This document shows positions 56,170-64,000 of a stretch of 64,000 nt of DNA, one piece after another. Position 1 is the stretch's first letter; each line of letters opens with the position of its first letter. The stretch comes from Deltaproteobacteria bacterium (lineage in GTDB: Bacteria; Myxococcota_A; UBA9160; PR03). The DNA lies in assembly GCA_035063765.1 (NCBI GenBank), contig JAPSFT010000010.1, forward strand, positions 80,401 through 144,400, read 5' to 3'. The notes beneath the pieces are model-generated. The model saw only the letters and a program-made list of their open reading frames with translations, searched no databases and had not been told where the DNA came from. The position numbers and the translations under genes were made by a program.

Positions 56170-58479
56170 GTGGAGTCGGAAGGGAGCCGCTTGCGCAAAC
56201 GCCTGGTGATCGCCGGCCACTCGCGGGAGGGGCTCGAGCTGGCGCCGCTGCTCGAGGCGAACCCGGCGGTCGAGGTGTGCGCGATCGTCGCCGACGACCC
56301 GGCCGCCGCGCGCGCCGTCCTCGAGTCGATCGACCCCGCGTCCGCCCAGCGGCTCGCGCCGCGCATCACCGCCGATCTCGAGCACGCGCTCGCCATCCCG
56401 GGCCTCGCCGCGGTGATCGACGCCGACGCACCGCCCGCGCTGCGCGAGCGGCTCGTGACGGCGCGCGGCGTCCCCGTCACCACGCCAGCCCTGGCTCGCA
56501 TGCTCTACGCCTTCGGCCCCGCCGATGCCTTCTCGAAGCCGGACCTGCTCGCCGCCCTGCGCGAGATCATGGACTCCGCCGACCTGACCCGCGACCGGCG
56601 CAGCGTGCTCGACCTCGTGCTCCAGGTGGCCGTGACCGCGACCGGCGCCGACCGCGGCTCGCTGATGCTCTGGGATCCGCACGAGCGCGTGCTGCGGGTG
56701 GCCGTGGCGCTCGGCATCGAGGAGGAGCTGATCGCGAAGATCCGGGTGCGGGCAGGGGAGGGCATCGCCGGCCGTGCCTTCGCTGCCGAGCGCGCCGTGC
56801 TCCTGCACGGCAAGGCCGACCACACCCGCTGGCAGATCGTGCGCGAGCGCGACGACGTCGAGTCCGCGATCTCGGCGCCGCTCGCGCACCAGGGGCGCGT
56901 GCTCGGTGTTCTCAACCTCTCCCACGCGCGACACCAGAACCAGTTCACCGAGGACGACCTGGCCTTCGTCGAGGAGCTGGCGCGGCTCGACGCGCGCATC
57001 CTCGCCCGCGCCGAGGAGCTGCACGGGATCCTGCGCGAATCGGCCTCGCTGCGCGTCGAGTCGCAGCTACGCCGGGTCCTGTCCCGGGCCGAGCCGCTGC
57101 CGGTGCGGCTCGCCGCCGCCTGCACGCTGCTGGCCGACGGGCTGCGCGGCGGCCTGGTGCGCCTGTGGCTGGCGGCCGAGCCGGCCGAGCCGGCGCCCGC
57201 CCGGGAGGGCACCGCTGCGGCCGCCCCGCCGGAGCTGGCGCTGCAGGCGTCGTCGACGCGCGTGGACCCGCTCGGAGGGCGCGAGCGCCTCGCGCCCGGC
57301 CAGGGCCTGGCGGGCCGCGCCGCGGCCGAGCGCCGCGCATTCTGGCTCGCGGGGCGGCCGCCCGACAGCGACTTCTGTAGTGCGGCCCTGCCGCTGCTGG
57401 CGCCCAGCGGCGAGCTGCTCGGTGCGCTCGAGGTGAGCGGCGCCGGCGACCTGGCGGGCGAGCTGCCCGATCGGATCGCGGCCGCCGCCGTCGGTCTGGC
57501 CGAGGAGCTGGCCGCGCAGCTGCGCACCGCGCGCCTCGAGCGTGACGCGCGCCGCAACGACCGGCTCGGCACCGCTGCCGCCACCCTGGCTGCGTGCGAA
57601 GACGCCCGCGCGCTCTGGGACCTCGCCGCCTCGTCGGCCCTCCACCTGCTCGAGGCCCAGGACGCCGTGCTGCGCCTGCGCGACCCCGAGTCGGGCCGCT
57701 TCCGCATCGTCGCCTGGAGCGGGATCGGGCAGTGGCGGCGTGCGCCCCTCGCCGAGCTCGAGCGCCGGCTCGCCACCGAGGCGATGCGCGCGCGCAGGCT
57801 GGTCCGGGTGGCCGATCTCTCGAGCGATCCCGCCTTCGCGGAGCACGCGGTCGGTGTCGGGACCGCGATGATCGCGCCGCTGCTACGCGAGGGCCAGCCG
57901 GCGGGCAGCCTGTCGGTGCTCGGCAAGGTGCCCGAGGAGCCGCTGCTCGGCGATCGCTTCACCGCCGCCGACGAGGCCGTGCTCGAGCGCCTGACCCAGC
58001 ACGTGCAGGCGGCGCTCACCGCTTTCCGCGAGCCGGAACGGCCCGATCTCGACGCGACCACCGGGCTCCCGACCGCGCGGCTCCTGCGTGAGCGGCTCGA
58101 GGAGGAGATCGCGCGCTCGCGCTTCCGCGGCCACCGGCTGGCGCTGCTCGAGCTCCGTGCCGCCGGCCTCGCGTCCGAGGCGCGCGCGCCGGCCGGCAGC
58201 GAGCGCGCTGCCGGGGCGCTCGCCCGCGCGCTGCGCGGCGCGCTGCGGCCGTTCGACGTGCTCGCGCGCATGGGGCCCGAGCGCTTCGTCGCGCTGGTGC
58301 CGGAGCCCGAGCAGGAGCCGCCGGCGCTGCTCGCCGAGCTCTGCCGCCGCGCGCGCGAGGTGCTGGCCGGCCATGGCGTGTCCGCGCCGCTCGAGGTCGG
58401 CCATGCCGTCTTCCCGGACGACGCCGTCGACGCCGAGGGCCTCGAGGCGCGCGCGGCAGAGGCGCGGCTCGGGCTCTGA
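56170..58479 (+). CDS. Triple-GAF protein with a degenerate C-terminal GGDEF domain
   Basis: 769 aa with GTG start. Three GAF-like repeats (for example ADRGSLMLWDPHERVLRVAV...GEGIAGRAF...VLGVLNL). The C-terminal TGLPTARLLRERLEEEI begins a GGDEF fold, but the active-site motif reads GPERF (ARMGPERFVALV) and the upstream DxDxFK/GHxxGD elements are missing. Confidence 0.75.
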   Translation: MESEGSRLRKRLVIAGHSREGLELAPLLEANPAVEVCAIVADDPAAARAVLESIDPASAQRLAPRITADLEHALAIPGLAAVIDADAPPALRERLVTARGVPVTTPALARMLYAFGPADAFSKPDLLAALREIMDSADLTRDRRSVLDLVLQVAVTATGADRGSLMLWDPHERVLRVAVALGIEEELIAKIRVRAGEGIAGRAFAAERAVLLHGKADHTRWQIVRERDDVESAISAPLAHQGRVLGVLNLSHARHQNQFTEDDLAFVEELARLDARILARAEELHGILRESASLRVESQLRRVLSRAEPLPVRLAAACTLLADGLRGGLVRLWLAAEPAEPAPAREGTAAAAPPELALQASSTRVDPLGGRERLAPGQGLAGRAAAERRAFWLAGRPPDSDFCSAALPLLAPSGELLGALEVSGAGDLAGELPDRIAAAAVGLAEELAAQLRTARLERDARRNDRLGTAAATLAACEDARALWDLAASSALHLLEAQDAVLRLRDPESGRFRIVAWSGIGQWRRAPLAELERRLATEAMRARRLVRVADLSSDPAFAEHAVGVGTAMIAPLLREGQPAGSLSVLGKVPEEPLLGDRFTAADEAVLERLTQHVQAALTAFREPERPDLDATTGLPTARLLRERLEEEIARSRFRGHRLALLELRAAGLASEARAPAGSERAAGALARALRGALRPFDVLARMGPERFVALVPEPEQEPPALLAELCRRAREVLAGHGVSAPLEVGHAVFPDDAVDAEGLEARAAEARLGL

Positions 58480-58574
58480 GCGCCGGGCACCGGTTCCGCT
58501 GCGCGGGCGCCGGGTCGCGCCCGTTCCGGCTGCTTCGGGGCGCGAGCGGCGACGGGCGGGCTACCATCGCCGCC

Positions 58575-60293
58575 ATGACGCTCCCGTCCGACGACGGCTT
58601 CCTCCAGGATCCTCCCCGCCTCGCCGACCAGTGGCGCGACGACACGCTGCTGCGCAGCTGGCTCGCGCGCACCGTCGACGCCGATGCGCGCCGCGCGATC
58701 GAGCCCGAGCTCGCGGAGATGGGCGCGCTGGCGGCCGGGCGGCTCCACGAGCTCGCCCTCGCGCACCGTGGCGACGAGCCCACCCACGTGCCCTACGACG
58801 CCTGGGGCCGGCGCGTCGACGAGGTGCGGGTCAACCCGGCGTGGGAGGAGTACGCCCGGGTCGCCGCCGAGCGCGGGCTCGTCGCGACCGGCTACGAGCG
58901 CCGCCACGGCCGCTTCTCGCGCGTGCACCAGTTCGCGCTGGTCCACCTGTTCCATCCCTCGAGCCAGGTCTACACCTGCCCGCTCGCGATGAGCGATGGC
59001 GCCGCGCGCACGCTCGAGACGCTGGGCCGCGACCCGCTCTTCGAGCGCGCGCTGGCGCGGCTCACGGCGCGCGATCCGGCCGTCGCCTGGACGAGCGGAC
59101 AGTGGATGACCGAGCGCGCCGGCGGCTCCGACGTCGGGCTCTCGGAGACCGTGGCGCTGCGCGGCGCCGACGGCGGCTGGCTCCTGCACGGCGTCAAGTG
59201 GTTCACCTCGGCCGTGAGCTCGCAGATGGCGCTCACGCTGGCACGGCCCGAGGGCAACGGCCCCGGCGGCAAGGGGCTCGCGCTCTTCTACGTCGAGGTG
59301 CGCGACGCCGCGGGGCGGCTGCGCAACATCGAGGTGCTGCGGCTCAAGGACAAGCTCGGCACCCGCAACCTGCCCACCGCCGAGCTGCGCCTCGACGGAA
59401 CGCCGGCCGAGCCCGTCGCCGGCCTCGCCGACGGCGTGCGCCAGATGGCCACGATGCTGAACCTGACCCGCACCTGGAACGCGGTATGCGCGACCGCGAG
59501 CCTGCGCCGCGGCGTCGCGCTGGCGCGCGACTACGCGCGCCGGCGCGTGGCCTTCGGCGCGCCGCTTGCCGAGAAGCCGCTGCACCTGGACACGCTGGCC
59601 GGGATGGCCGCCGAGGCGGAGGCTGCCTTCGCGCTCACCTTCGACATGGTGGCGCGGCTCGGCGCGCAGGAGACCGCCGCGGGCGGCGCGCGCAACGAAG
59701 CACTGCTGCGGCTCCTGCACCCGCTCGCCAAGCTCACGACCGGGAAACAGGCGGTGGCGGGGGCCAGCGAGGCGCTCGAGGCCTTCGGCGGCGCCGGCTA
59801 CCTCGAGGACACGGGTCTTCCCGAGCTGCTGCGCGACGCCCAGGTGCTGGCGATCTGGGAGGGCACCACGAACGTGCTCGCGCTCGAGGCGGTGCGCGCC
59901 GTGCTGCGCGCGGACGCGCTCGCGCCGGCGCTCGAGGAGATCCGCGAGCGGGCGCGCGGCGTGGAGCAGGCGCTCCTGCGGCCGCCGGCCGAGAGCGCCC
60001 TGCGTGCTGCCGACCACATCGAGGCCTGGTGGGCGCGCGCGGCCTCGCGCGGCGCCTCGCTCCACGAGGCGGCGCTCCGGCGCTTCACCCTCACGCTCGG
60101 GCGCAGCTTCGCACTCGCCGCCCTGCTCGAGCACGCCGACTGGGCCCTCCTGCGCGAGGGCGACGCGCGTTCGGCCGCCGCCGCGCGCCGCTTCGCCGCC
60201 CACGGCGTCGACCTGCTGCGAGACGAGGACGAGGCGCTCGCCGCCACGACCGGCCTCGCGCTCGGTGAGGCGCTCGACGCCCAGGCGCTGTAG
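58575..60293 (+). CDS. Acyl-CoA dehydrogenase family protein, AidB-like
   Basis: 572 aa. AidB-type N-terminal extension. Motifs CPLAMSDGA, WMTERAGGSDV and FGGAGYLEDTGLPELLRDAQVLAIWEGTTNV. Confidence 0.85.
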   Translation: MTLPSDDGFLQDPPRLADQWRDDTLLRSWLARTVDADARRAIEPELAEMGALAAGRLHELALAHRGDEPTHVPYDAWGRRVDEVRVNPAWEEYARVAAERGLVATGYERRHGRFSRVHQFALVHLFHPSSQVYTCPLAMSDGAARTLETLGRDPLFERALARLTARDPAVAWTSGQWMTERAGGSDVGLSETVALRGADGGWLLHGVKWFTSAVSSQMALTLARPEGNGPGGKGLALFYVEVRDAAGRLRNIEVLRLKDKLGTRNLPTAELRLDGTPAEPVAGLADGVRQMATMLNLTRTWNAVCATASLRRGVALARDYARRRVAFGAPLAEKPLHLDTLAGMAAEAEAAFALTFDMVARLGAQETAAGGARNEALLRLLHPLAKLTTGKQAVAGASEALEAFGGAGYLEDTGLPELLRDAQVLAIWEGTTNVLALEAVRAVLRADALAPALEEIRERARGVEQALLRPPAESALRAADHIEAWWARAASRGASLHEAALRRFTLTLGRSFALAALLEHADWALLREGDARSAAAARRFAAHGVDLLRDEDEALAATTGLALGEALDAQAL

Positions 60294-61162
60294 TGGCCCA
60301 CGTCGCGTTCCTGTGTCTGGGGGCGATGGGCGGACCGATGGCGGGCCACCTGGCGCGGGCCGGGCACGCGGTGGCGGTGTGGAACCGGACCCCGGCGAAG
60401 GCGCACGCGTGGGCAGCCACGCACGGTGGCCGCGTCGCCGCGAGCCCGGCCGCGGCCGCGACGGGCGCCGCCGCGGTCTTCGCCTGCACCGGCGACGACG
60501 GCGCGTTGCGTGCGATCACGGCGGGCCCGCAGGGTGCCCTGGCGGCGATGGCACCGGGGAGCCTCTTCGTCGATCATACGACGGTGTCGGCCGAGGCGAC
60601 GCGTGAGCTCGCGGCGGTGGCGGCGGCGCGCGGGGTCGCCTGGATCGACGCGCCGGTCTCGGGCGGCGAGGAGGGCGCCCGGAAGGGCCAGCTCAGCGTG
60701 ATGGCCGGCGGGGAGGCGGAGGCCTTCGCGCGGATCGAGCCGCTGCTCGCCTGCTACGCGAGGACGGCGGTGCGGCTCGGCCCGACGGGTGCCGGCCAGC
60801 TCGCGAAGATGGTGAACCAGATCTGCATCGCCGGTCTGGTCGAGGCGCTCGCCGAGGGCCTGCGCTTCGCCGAGCGTGCCGGGCTCGATCCGGGGGCTGT
60901 CTTCGCGGTGCTCGCCGAGGGCGCCGCCGGCTCCTGGCAGATGCGCCAGCGCACGCCGAGCATGATCGAGCGCCGCTTCGATTTCGGCTTCGCGGTCGAC
61001 TGGATGCGCAAGGACCTCGGGATCGCGCTCGACGAGGCGCGCCGCAACGGTGCTGCGCTGCCGATCACCGAGGCCGTCGACCGCCGCTACGCGGCGCTCC
61101 AGGCGCGTGGTCACGGCCGGCTCGACACCTCGAGCCTCGTCCTGCTGCTCGACGAGGGTTAG
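60293..61162 (+). CDS. NAD(P)-dependent 3-hydroxyisobutyrate dehydrogenase family oxidoreductase
   Basis: 289 aa. GTG shares one base with the upstream TAG. Motifs [22 protein letters not shown] and [11 protein letters not shown]. Confidence 0.88.
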   Translation: MAHVAFLCLGAMGGPMAGHLARAGHAVAVWNRTPAKAHAWAATHGGRVAASPAAAATGAAAVFACTGDDGALRAITAGPQGALAAMAPGSLFVDHTTVSAEATRELAAVAAARGVAWIDAPVSGGEEGARKGQLSVMAGGEAEAFARIEPLLACYARTAVRLGPTGAGQLAKMVNQICIAGLVEALAEGLRFAERAGLDPGAVFAVLAEGAAGSWQMRQRTPSMIERRFDFGFAVDWMRKDLGIALDEARRNGAALPITEAVDRRYAALQARGHGRLDTSSLVLLLDEG

Positions 61163-61230
61163 ACTGCCCGGCCCTTCGCCGGCGCACAGCCGCGACTCCG
61201 AGAGCACGAGCGGACGAGAGGAAGACCCCG

Positions 61231-62904
61231 TTGGCCGAGTTCATCTACACGCTGCGCGACCTGCGCAAGGTCGTCGGCACGGATCGCGTGATCCTCGACG
61301 GCATCACGCTGGCGTTCTACCCGGGCGCGAAGATCGGGGTGGTCGGCCCGAACGGTACGGGCAAGAGCTCGCTGCTGCGCATCCTGGCGGGCGAGGACCA
61401 GGACTTCCTGGGCGAGGCGCGCCCGGCCGACGGGATCCGCATCGGCTACCTGCCGCAGGAGCCGCGGCTCGACCCGAGCAAGGACGTGCAGGGCAACGTC
61501 GAGGAGGGCGTGGCCGAGCTACGTGACCTCCTGCGCCGCTTCGAGGCGGTGTCGGCGCGCTTCGGCGAGGAGCTCTCCGAGGACGAGATGAACGCGCTCG
61601 TCGAGGAGCAGGGGAAGCTCCAGGACCGGATCGACGCCGCCAACGGATGGGAGCTCGAGCGCACGCTCGAGATCGCCATGGACGCCCTGCGCTGCCCGCC
61701 GCCGGACGCCAAGGTGGATACGCTCTCGGGCGGCGAGCGGCGGCGCGTGGCGCTCTGCCGGCTGCTCCTCGCGAAGCCGGATCTGCTCCTGCTCGACGAG
61801 CCCACCAACCATCTGGACGCCGAGTCGGTGGCCTGGCTCGAGCGACACCTCCAGGAGTACCCGGGCACGGTCATCGCCGTCACCCACGACCGGTACTTCC
61901 TCGACAACGTGGCGGAGTGGATCCTCGAGCTCGACCGCGGCGGCTACTACCCCTTCAAGGGCAACTACACCTCCTGGCTCGAGCAGAAGCAGAAGCGCCT
62001 CGAGCAGGACGAGAAGAAGGCGAGCGCCCGGCGCCGCACCCTCGAACGGGAGCTCGAATGGGTGCGCATGTCCCCGCGCGCGCGCCAGGCCAAGAGCAAG
62101 GCGCGCGTGCGCGCCTACGAGGAGCTGCGCGCCGAGGAGGAGGCGCGGCTGCCGGAGACGGTCGAGATCTCGATCCCGATCGGGCCGCGGCTCGGCGAGG
62201 TGGTGGTCGAGGCCGAGCACCTCGTCAAGGGCTTCGGCGAGCGCCTGCTGATCGACGATCTGAGCTTCGCGCTCCCGCCCGGTGGCATCGTCGGCGTGAT
62301 CGGGCCGAACGGCGCCGGCAAGACCACGTTGTTCCGGATGATCGTCGGTGAGGAGAAGCCGGATGCCGGCACGCTCCGGCTCGGTGACACCGTGAAGCTC
62401 GCCTACGTCGACCAGAGCCGCGACGCGCTCGACGGCGCGAAGACCGTGTGGCAGGAGATCTCGGGCGGTGACGACGTGATCCTGGTCGGCAAGCGCGAGG
62501 TACCTTCGCGAGCCTACGTCTCGGCCTTCGGCTTCAAGGGCGGCGAACAGCAGAAGCTCGTGGGCTCGCTCTCGGGCGGCGAGCGCAACCGCCTGCACCT
62601 CGCCAAGCTGCTCAAGAGCGGCGGCAACGTGCTCCTGCTCGACGAGCCCTCGAACGACCTCGACGTCGACACCCTGCGCGCCCTCGAGGAGGCGCTGCTC
62701 GGCTTCTCGGGCTGCGTCGTGGTGATCAGCCACGATCGCTGGTTCCTCGACCGGATCGCCACCCACATCCTGGCGTTCGAGGGTGACAGCCACGTCGAGT
62801 GGTTCGAGGGCAACTTCCAGGACTACGAGGCGGATCGCAAGCGCAGGCTCGGCGCCGACGCGGACCAGCCGCACCGGATCCGGTACAAGAAGATCACCCG
62901 CTAG
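61231..62904 (+). CDS. ettA: Energy-dependent translational throttle ABC-F protein EttA
   Basis: 557 aa. A TTG start is required because EttA homology ([15 protein letters not shown]) begins at the first codon. Two ABC cassettes ([17 protein letters not shown] and [17 protein letters not shown]). Confidence 0.95.
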   Translation: MAEFIYTLRDLRKVVGTDRVILDGITLAFYPGAKIGVVGPNGTGKSSLLRILAGEDQDFLGEARPADGIRIGYLPQEPRLDPSKDVQGNVEEGVAELRDLLRRFEAVSARFGEELSEDEMNALVEEQGKLQDRIDAANGWELERTLEIAMDALRCPPPDAKVDTLSGGERRRVALCRLLLAKPDLLLLDEPTNHLDAESVAWLERHLQEYPGTVIAVTHDRYFLDNVAEWILELDRGGYYPFKGNYTSWLEQKQKRLEQDEKKASARRRTLERELEWVRMSPRARQAKSKARVRAYEELRAEEEARLPETVEISIPIGPRLGEVVVEAEHLVKGFGERLLIDDLSFALPPGGIVGVIGPNGAGKTTLFRMIVGEEKPDAGTLRLGDTVKLAYVDQSRDALDGAKTVWQEISGGDDVILVGKREVPSRAYVSAFGFKGGEQQKLVGSLSGGERNRLHLAKLLKSGGNVLLLDEPSNDLDVDTLRALEEALLGFSGCVVVISHDRWFLDRIATHILAFEGDSHVEWFEGNFQDYEADRKRRLGADADQPHRIRYKKITR

Positions 62905-62916
62905 CTGGCGGTGGGC

Positions 62917-63354
62917 CTAGCGGCGCGTCCGGCTCTGGCTGGCGAGCGAGCTCGAGCGGGGGCCCGACGAGCCGGAGCGCGCGGAAGACTGCGCGCGCAC
63001 ACCCGAGGAGACCGTCGGCCGTCCGCCTCCGAAGGAGCCCGACACGCCCGACGAGCCGAACAGCGCCGCCCCGGTCCCCACCCCTGCCGGTGCGCCGCGC
63101 CGCCACTCGTGCTGGCTCAGCTTCAGCGTCGTCTCCGGCACGCCCGCGGGCGGCGTCGGCGAGGGATGCTCGAGGATCTGCTGGTAGCGGCCGCTGCCCT
63201 GGACGGCCGGGCGCGGCGGTGCGGGACCACGCTGGCGCGCGAAGTTGCTCAGCATGTGCGAGTCGTCCCAGCCGGCGCCTCCCGGCGATCCGGGCTCCGC
63301 GCCGGCGGGCGCGGCGAGCGTCAGGGCGAGGGTGAGGAGCAGGGGGAGTCGCAT
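62917..63354 (-). CDS. Secreted hypothetical protein, Ser/Gly-rich C-terminus
   Basis: ATG 63352-63354 lies 5 nt after GGAGG (complement of 63360-63364). Signal peptide MRLPLLLTLALTLAAPAGA. High GC3. Confidence 0.55.
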   Translation of the reverse strand: MRLPLLLTLALTLAAPAGAEPGSPGGAGWDDSHMLSNFARQRGPAPPRPAVQGSGRYQQILEHPSPTPPAGVPETTLKLSQHEWRRGAPAGVGTGAALFGSSGVSGSFGGGRPTVSSGVRAQSSARSGSSGPRSSSLASQSRTRR

Positions 63355-63364
63355 CACGGCCTCC

Positions 63365-63427
63365 GGTGACGGTTCCGGTCACCAGGGAGTGCCGCGACGG
63401 GTCGGTGAGGTGACGGGAACCGTCACG
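63365..63427. repeat. Pair of 19-bp near-palindromic elements in inverted orientation
   Basis: GGTGACGGTTCCGGTCACC (63365-63383) and GGTGACGGGAACCGTCACG (63409-63427). The second matches the reverse complement of the first at 17/19 positions. Each can form a hairpin. The first abuts the Shine-Dalgarno of the 62917-63354 gene. Confidence 0.5.
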
Positions 63428-63518
63428 CGGGGGCTTCCGAGCCGTCCGCTTCGAGCCCCTCGCGCGCCCGCGCACCCGCGGGCCCGATCCGGCGGTCCTC
63501 GGGCGTGGCGCGCGGGCT

Positions 63519-64000
63519 CTATACGCGCTCCGCGCCGAGCGCCTCCCAGCCGGCGCCCACCTGCGCCAGCGCCGCCGCGGAGGCCCGTTCGGCGGTCTCG
63601 GCGGCGATGTCGAGGATGCGCGAGCGCGGGCCGTCGCTCTGCTTGACGCGCACGCGGAAGCGCGGGGGCGAGGACGGCGGCGCTTCGGGAGCGGTCTTGG
63701 GGTCCGCAGCCGGCATCGGCGGGCGCGGGCTCGAAGCCGGCGGGATCGTCGGAGCTGCCGCCGGCACGGGCGCCGCCGTCTCGCCGACCAGCTCGTAGTA
63801 GGCGCGCGGCGCGTCGACGATCCGCAGCCCGATCCCACCCTGGGCGACACTCGTCAGGTTCGAGGGAACGGCCTTCTGGCGCGCGACGGCGGCGCGCAGG
63901 AGGAGCGGCTCGCGGTCACCCTCGAACTGGAGGAGCAGCTCGACCTGGGTGCCCGGCGAGAGGCGCGCCGAGGTCTGCACGAACAGGCCGGTGTGCGAGA
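63519..64000 (-). CDS. PilZ-like domain protein, 5' end outside the window
   Basis: The reading frame stays open to the window edge (…SHTGLFVQTSARLSPGTQVELLLQFEGDREPLLLRAAVARQ…GGIGLRIV), which resembles the second half of a PilZ barrel. Followed by a Pro-rich linker and a small C-terminal domain. The RxxxR/DxSxxG motifs would lie beyond 64000. Confidence 0.5.
   Translation of the reverse strand, partial: SHTGLFVQTSARLSPGTQVELLLQFEGDREPLLLRAAVARQKAVPSNLTSVAQGGIGLRIVDAPRAYYELVGETAAPVPAAAPTIPPASSPRPPMPAADPKTAPEAPPSSPPRFRVRVKQSDGPRSRILDIAAETAERASAAALAQVGAGWEALGAERV

Overview
Very GC-rich (>70% by eye) chromosomal segment. Lipoboxes, a MacA-type adaptor, and AMIN and DUF1329 proteins point to a Gram-negative genome. 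The many PilZ/FHA/GAF signalling genes fit a Myxococcota/deltaproteobacterial-type organism (inference). I call about 56 protein-coding genes, tightly packed, many joined by 4-nt start/stop overlaps (ATGA/GTGA). I recognised no rRNA, tRNA, CRISPR array, transposase or integrase. Gene content, left to right: a split MacAB-type efflux operon; aldose epimerase and a methyltransferase; a TetR-controlled diiron oxygenase; class-3 aldehyde dehydrogenase-NfeD set divergent from a fatty-acid-hydroxylase-family membrane enzyme; a large lipoprotein and a clan GH-A glycosidase; MFS, esterase and RarD; RluA; DUF1329; class III ADH-OsmC; AddB-AddA; an AT-rich regulatory island; bfd-bfr-egtB-egtD followed by a coupled GH-D-like glycosidase, glucuronokinase-like GHMP kinase and crotonase; a UbiA prenyltransferase; a second esterase; a GMC oxidoreductase pair; a CusF-Sco fusion; SulP; HtpX; PhoD; a signalling cluster (double-FHA protein, 7TM histidine kinase, AMIN protein, triple-GAF degenerate GGDEF); an AidB-like ACAD; a HIBADH-like reductase; EttA; and a partial PilZ gene. 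The items most worth follow-up are: (1) the 841-aa lipoprotein, whose core reads like a complete eukaryote-type BPI/LBP (TULIP) two-barrel lipid-binding module; (2) the Fur-box/ATGCAT-repeat AT-rich island driving a same-strand bfd-bfr-egtBD cluster that runs on into an uncharacterised glycosidase-kinase-crotonase trio; (3) the fatty-acid-hydroxylase enzyme with ALDH3, which mirrors the mammalian ether-lipid cleavage pair; (4) the CusF-Sco fusion; (5) the density of c-di-GMP effectors. All family calls rest on motifs read by eye; no database search was run.
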